Assembly: GCA_965249555.1 (NCBI GenBank)
Contig: OZ252243.1
Span: 224,001 to 288,000 of the forward strand
Length of the DNA: 64,000 nt
Direction of reading: 5' to 3'
Origin: Nitrosopumilus sp.
GTDB lineage: Archaea > Thermoproteota > Nitrososphaeria > Nitrososphaerales > Nitrosopumilaceae
The notes under the pieces are model-generated. The model was not told the origin of the DNA. It was given only the letters and a program-made list of their open reading frames with translations, and did not search any database. The position numbers and the translations under genes are program-made. The number at the start of each line of letters is the position of its first letter. The first letter of the stretch is position 1. Shown here piece by piece: positions 59,424 to 64,000 of this stretch.

Positions 59424-59646
59424 ATATAGTTAAAAATCATCAATGCCTAGATTCAATTTGTAACATAATTATAGTATGATTTTGAATAGAATTTATTGAG
59501 TTTTCCAGAAGAATCTAAAAAAGAAAAAAACAAAGAGCCTGTAGACAGATTGATAGTTTGTATCTTATCACCAACTATTTTTGGATTTATCTATTCAGAA
59601 AAATTTAACAAAAATCTAAAATTTCTAATGCTATTATCAATTCCTT

Positions 59647-61067
59647 GTATGTATCAACCTTCACGCACAAATCAACACTATTACACAAAAAGATCTAAGA
59701 TCAACTAAATCATCATACAAAACATGTCAGGTTGTGGTCATGAGAAAATCATCATACAGCTGCAAGCAGAGATAAAACAACTAAAACTAATCATAGAAAA
59801 TCTCATAGAATCAAACAAGGAACTGCAAAAAAAGCTGTCATATTATGAGAATGCGCACTCTCCGCCATCAAAGAATTCCCTTGAATGGAGAAAGCAAAAA
59901 AGACAACACAGACAGCCAGGCAAATCAAGACGTGGTGGAATAGCAGGACACGTTGGCAAGACACAGAAATTCAGACCAACTAGCACCAAACACCACAGAT
60001 CAGATGCATGTCCCAAATGCGGTAGTGAAAATATTCATCAAACCAAAACCTGCAAAAGGATAATGGTTGAGATTCCTCCACCAACACCCTACGGTATAAC
60101 TGAGCATGTTTTGAATCAATACATCTGCATGGACTGTTCTGATAATTTTCAAACCACGGGAAACCTTCCACTACATGGATGTTTTGATGGTTCAGTGATA
60201 CGTGAGGTCGTCTCACTGTTCTCAAAGAGATTGACATACGATGCTATCAGAACCACACTCTATGAAAGATATGGATTAGAAATCAGCAATACAACCGTAC
60301 AATCCATTCTTCGCAACGGTAGTGTGATGTTAGAGTCATTTTACAATACAATCCACAGCGAAATCGTGACTGAAAATATTCTCGGAATCGATGAGACAGG
60401 ATTTTCAATTGATGGAAATACTGGATGGATGTGGGTTGCAAGAAGCAAGACTAGTGCACAGTATGCCTTGGAGTACAGCAGAGGTGCCAATGTTCTAAAA
60501 AAGTACTGGAAGAAATTCAAAGGAACCCTAGTGTCTGACGGATATGCTCCGTACAGGACAGTATTTTGTGATAACACAAAGCAGAGATGCACCGCACACC
60601 TGCAGCGCGATGCCAAATATCTGGCAATAAAATCACAGGACAAAAAGGCCAGGATTCTATATGAGAAACTCTCAGGGATGCTAGGTCATGCCAGGGTTTG
60701 GAGTGTAGGTAATCGTCATACAAAACGGCGGGAAACGTACAGGAATGATTTACTAAAACAGCTGGACCGTATCATTGCACGATATTTGAAAGGTGATACG
60801 GAGATGGTTCAGTTTGGCAAGAAGCTAAAGACTGCAAGGAACAGCATGTTTACGTTTGTCATGGATGGCGATGTCCCGTCAACTAACAATGATGCAGAGA
60901 ATTCCATTCGAAAGTGCGTGATGCAGAGGAATGTTCGCGGGCAGATGAAGAGTGATCAGGGCATGAGGATGATCTCAGTCTTTCTCACATGCTTTGAGAC
61001 ATGGAGAATAAGGGAATTGAACATGTTTTCTGAGATGGCAAAATACATCTAAGTGCTTGATTCATAC
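59647..61067 (+). mobile_element. Single-ORF IS66-family element, 1421 bp
   Basis: Ends GTATGTATCAA and TTGATTCATAC; 8-bp TSD AATTCCTT at 59639-59646 and 61068-61075. Confidence 0.93.
59724..61052 (+). CDS. IS66 transposase
   Basis: Coiled coil, CPKCG, DETG…WMW, SDGY..Y, QRC.AH..R and TNN.AE motifs. Confidence 0.95.
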   Translation: MSGCGHEKIIIQLQAEIKQLKLIIENLIESNKELQKKLSYYENAHSPPSKNSLEWRKQKRQHRQPGKSRRGGIAGHVGKTQKFRPTSTKHHRSDACPKCGSENIHQTKTCKRIMVEIPPPTPYGITEHVLNQYICMDCSDNFQTTGNLPLHGCFDGSVIREVVSLFSKRLTYDAIRTTLYERYGLEISNTTVQSILRNGSVMLESFYNTIHSEIVTENILGIDETGFSIDGNTGWMWVARSKTSAQYALEYSRGANVLKKYWKKFKGTLVSDGYAPYRTVFCDNTKQRCTAHLQRDAKYLAIKSQDKKARILYEKLSGMLGHARVWSVGNRHTKRRETYRNDLLKQLDRIIARYLKGDTEMVQFGKKLKTARNSMFTFVMDGDVPSTNNDAENSIRKCVMQRNVRGQMKSDQGMRMISVFLTCFETWRIRELNMFSEMAKYI

Positions 61068-61282
61068 AATTCCTTTTGTTTTTATGTTCTTACTAGTACT
61101 TACATACACTATTGGTGATTTTGAAATACAGGAACCAAGCAAAATATTAGGATTTGACAATAGGATTGTTATTGCATTACTGTTTGTTTTTCCAATTATA
61201 TTCATGTATCGTTGGGCTTCTCAATACAATCTAAAGAATTTTGGATTTAAATCAAAGAGAGAATGGAAGAAAAATAGAGAAC

Positions 61283-61353
61283 TATAATTTTAGAAAAAAG
61301 GTAGGGTTATTTGATAGAGATTGTTATGATCATAAAAATAATCTATGAGTAAA
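61283..61353 (+). repeat. Intergenic hairpin repeat copy B
   Basis: TATAATTTTAGAAAAAAGGTAGGGTTATTTGATAGAGATTGTTATGATCATAAAAATAATCTATG; central palindrome TTATGATCATAA. Confidence 0.85.
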
Positions 61354-61586
61354 TTGATTTAGAATTGTAATTTTGGAATTGTAATTTTAGAAAAGAAGAG
61401 GACCTATTGCAGTAACACCAGGAACCAACACCAGGACTTTAGTTATAATTCTCTAATTGTGTTTTTTTAGTCTTTGATGGATTTTTCGCAGACCCAAATT
61501 TCTAAGGAAATTTGGCAGTTAGTGAGAAATTGAATCTTGTCTTTTGATAGTATACCTTAAGAGTGGTAAATTATTGAAATATTTTA

Positions 61587-63167
61587 TTGAAATATCTGTT
61601 AATTGCTCTTTTGATTATTTGTTCTGTAACAGTTACAACGGTATATGCAGAAAGTGATAAGATACCAGCATGGGTTAAAGGGGTCGCTGGGTGGTGGGCA
61701 GAAGATAAAATTACTGATGAAGAATTTATCGAGGCTTTGGAATTTCTGATTGAAACTAATGTGATAAACCCAGATAGTTTTAGTATTTTAAAATTAAATG
61801 AACCAGTTGCAGAACCAGTTGCAGAACCAGTTGCAGAACCAGTTGCAGAACCAGTTGCAGAACCAGTTGCAGAACCAGTTGCAGAACCAGTTGCAGAACC
61901 AGTTGCAGAACCAGTTGCAGAACCAGTTGCAGAACCAGTTGCAGAACCAGTTGCAGAACCTATTGCAGGAACAAACAATCAATCAATAAGAGAATATAAT
62001 GAGAATGGAAATATTGTTTGTAGTTATTATTATGATTATGGAAAGAAATTTGAAATTGAATCTAATGTGAATTTTTCTAAAGAATATGATGAGTATGGAG
62101 ATGTAAAATATGAAGGTGATAGTAATATTACTGATAAAATACTTTCTGGTTATAATGATGAAATCAAAAAATTTGAATATGTTATTTGTACTATGTATGA
62201 GAAGAATGGAGATCCTGCAATAAGATATTATTCTAACGGAGATCCATTCTTAGAACCTTGGGAAGGTAGAACTGAATTTTATGATAATGGTAATATACAA
62301 TATGAGTTATTTACAGCTAGTGGTTATTTTTCTAAAGAATATCATGAGAATGGAAATGTAGAATTTGATTATACTTCACGAGGATATCCAATCAATGAAT
62401 ATCATGAGAATGGAAATGTAAAAACTGAATATTATAGGAATGGAAATATAGAATTTGAATATGATGAGAATGGATATGCAATATTTTCATATTTTAGTAA
62501 TGGAAATGTGTGGCAAGAATTTGATGAGAATGGAAATGTAAGAACTTACTATGAGAATGGAAATGTAGAACGTGAATTTTATGAGAATGGAAATGTAAAA
62601 ACTGAACATTATGAGAATGGAAATGTAGAATTTGAATATGATGAGAATGGAGATGCATATACTTATGTTCATTATTCTTTGAATGGATCTATTATTTCTG
62701 AAATTGATGAGAATGGAAATAGAATTTATTATCATGCAAATGGAAATGTGAGGGAAGAATTTGATGAGAATAGAGATCTACGGCTTTACTATTATGAGAA
62801 TGGAAATCCTGAATCTACTTATGATGAGAATGGAAATAATAGAATTAAATATTATTCAAATGGAAATGTAAAAACTGAACATGATGAGTATGGAGGAACA
62901 AGAGTTGATTATTATGAGAATGGAGATGTAGAATATGTTTTTTATGGTAATGGATATTACATTCATTACTATTCAGGGGGATATGTAGAAATGCAGAATT
63001 TAAATGGGCATAATCTAAACCTAGGAATTGATGAAAATGGAAATCCAATTTATCATGAGAATGGAAATCTAAAATTTGAATTTGATGAGAATAGAAATAT
63101 AACTTTTTATGATGAAAATGGAAATATAGAGTTAGAATTTGATGAGACTGGAAATAAAATAAATTAA
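61587..63167 (+). CDS. Secreted modular repeat protein B (IPxWV domain, AEPV linker, YENGN/MORN-like repeats)
   Basis: N-terminal ~70 aa nearly identical to protein A; many ENGN repeats. Confidence 0.88.
   Translation: MKYLLIALLIICSVTVTTVYAESDKIPAWVKGVAGWWAEDKITDEEFIEALEFLIETNVINPDSFSILKLNEPVAEPVAEPVAEPVAEPVAEPVAEPVAEPVAEPVAEPVAEPVAEPVAEPVAEPIAGTNNQSIREYNENGNIVCSYYYDYGKKFEIESNVNFSKEYDEYGDVKYEGDSNITDKILSGYNDEIKKFEYVICTMYEKNGDPAIRYYSNGDPFLEPWEGRTEFYDNGNIQYELFTASGYFSKEYHENGNVEFDYTSRGYPINEYHENGNVKTEYYRNGNIEFEYDENGYAIFSYFSNGNVWQEFDENGNVRTYYENGNVEREFYENGNVKTEHYENGNVEFEYDENGDAYTYVHYSLNGSIISEIDENGNRIYYHANGNVREEFDENRDLRLYYYENGNPESTYDENGNNRIKYYSNGNVKTEHDEYGGTRVDYYENGDVEYVFYGNGYYIHYYSGGYVEMQNLNGHNLNLGIDENGNPIYHENGNLKFEFDENRNITFYDENGNIELEFDETGNKIN
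61800..61967 (+). repeat. 12-bp tandem repeat GAACCAGTTGCA x13 plus one variant unit
   Basis: Perfect in-frame units. Confidence 0.95.
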
Positions 63168-63178
63168 TTTAGAATTGA

Positions 63179-63246
63179 AATTTTAGAAAAAAGGTATGGT
63201 TATTTGATAGAGATTGTTATGATTGTAAAAATCATCTATGACTAAA
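63179..63246 (+). repeat. Intergenic hairpin repeat copy C (empty IS110 target)
   Basis: Contains GTTATGATTGTAAAAATCATC, identical to the reconstructed empty site of copy A. Confidence 0.85.
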
Positions 63247-63418
63247 ATTACAATTAGATCTAAAATTATTTTGTAGAATTTGAATTGTCTATTTGAAATT
63301 CATCTAAGTAATCATCAATATGATTAATGCACTTGTGGTTAGATAGTGCATAATCAGAATATAGAATCAATCCACATCTTACGCATTTTTGGGCGTCTTC
63401 AAAATGAATCATTAAGTC

Positions 63419-63970
63419 TTACCAATTACTCCAATTTCGAAAATCTAGATTTGGAAATTTCCTTCCAAGAATTATCCCATAATCGAAAAATTGTTTTTGC
63501 ATTGCTTTGAGATTAACTATTTCAGCTTGTTTTTTTTCTCTAAATTGTTTTGCTTGTTGTCCTAATTCATCTATCTCATGTTGGAGATTTTTAATCTTGC
63601 ATACTCTTTCTTCAAATACTTCATTAACTATTCTAGGCAAATTTTCTTTGAGATAATTTGAATCATAACCTGTAGATGATTCTTTTTTTTCAGTTGAATC
63701 ATTTGGTCGATTAAGCCATGCTCTTAAGTAATTTTCTGACTTTTTAGTTGGTTTGTTTGGTTGATTCCACCATTTTTCTAGTGGGGTTCTAGTATCATTT
63801 GGATCATCCTCAGTAAGTGTTGCAGCAGTTTTAAGAATTTCAGGCATATTATTTGCTGCATATTTGATAACTTTGCTCATTGTAGTGTCATTTTCTTTAC
63901 AATTTTTCTCAAATTGGTTTTTTTCATCATTACTGACATTAGCTGAAATTGTAGGCATAATATTTGGCAT
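63419..63970 (-). CDS. Hypothetical protein with an RHH-like N-terminus and a coiled coil
   Basis: TISANVS..EK..F…C…..TMS.VIK pattern. Confidence 0.55.
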   Translation of the reverse strand: MPNIMPTISANVSNDEKNQFEKNCKENDTTMSKVIKYAANNMPEILKTAATLTEDDPNDTRTPLEKWWNQPNKPTKKSENYLRAWLNRPNDSTEKKESSTGYDSNYLKENLPRIVNEVFEERVCKIKNLQHEIDELGQQAKQFREKKQAEIVNLKAMQKQFFDYGIILGRKFPNLDFRNWSNW

Positions 63971-64000
63971 AATGCTTGTGTTTATGTTTTCTAGAATTAT

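Larger units (their letters stand above)
58104..59432 (-). mobile_element. IS110-family element, IS1111 type
   Basis: Sub-terminal IR ATGTGAAT at 58107-58114 and 59418-59425; TA core at 58102-58103 and 59431-59432; the empty site reconstructs exactly. Confidence 0.9.
59496..61287 (+). pseudogene. Membrane protein gene interrupted by IS66
   Basis: Removing 59647-61075 rejoins …LMLLSIP|FVFMFLL… in frame. Confidence 0.85.

Noticed and set aside
56950-63167. Diversity-generating retroelement acting on the YENGN repeats
   Set aside because: No reverse transcriptase, and no template/variable pair differing only at adenines was seen.

Overview
AT-rich window from an ammonia-oxidising archaeon (Nitrosopumilus-like; inferred from the archaeal lig, endA, aspS, PIN-ATPase and V-ATPase F genes and the 'IPAWVK..AGWWA' surface domain). 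Core gene blocks (lig-DUF47-endA, SDR, TSUP-DUF192, MntR-PINA, tldD-UDG-MPG, aspS, ilvBN-leuA-leuB, lsrF-ADH-atpF) alternate with accessory segments. (1) 5262-8640: a 3.4 kb element bounded by 48-bp inverted repeats. It carries a decayed IS6-like transposase, an AbrB-like regulator, a HaeIII-like endonuclease, a Dam-type methylase and a second, compensatorily diverged tRNA-Arg(UCG). (2) About 10.5-14.2 kb: an islet with queE, a truncated queD and a VNTR protein. (3) About 16.2-28.9 kb: a defence-like island ending at the other tRNA-Arg(UCG). It holds a dead AbiE-type toxin-antitoxin pair, a UvrD-nuclease, a ParB-like/SNF2/DUF3883/nuclease/methylase operon and three small wHTH paralogues. (4) 56-63 kb: two repeat-rich secreted paralogues separated by a recurrent intergenic hairpin, an IS66 with an 8-bp TSD, and an IS1111-type IS110 whose downstream non-coding region reads as a bridge RNA with guides matching its insertion site. 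A 19-codon Ile/Val/Leu-rich uORF precedes ilvB. All calls come from manual motif reading, and no searches were run. Some single-base frameshifts could be sequencing errors.
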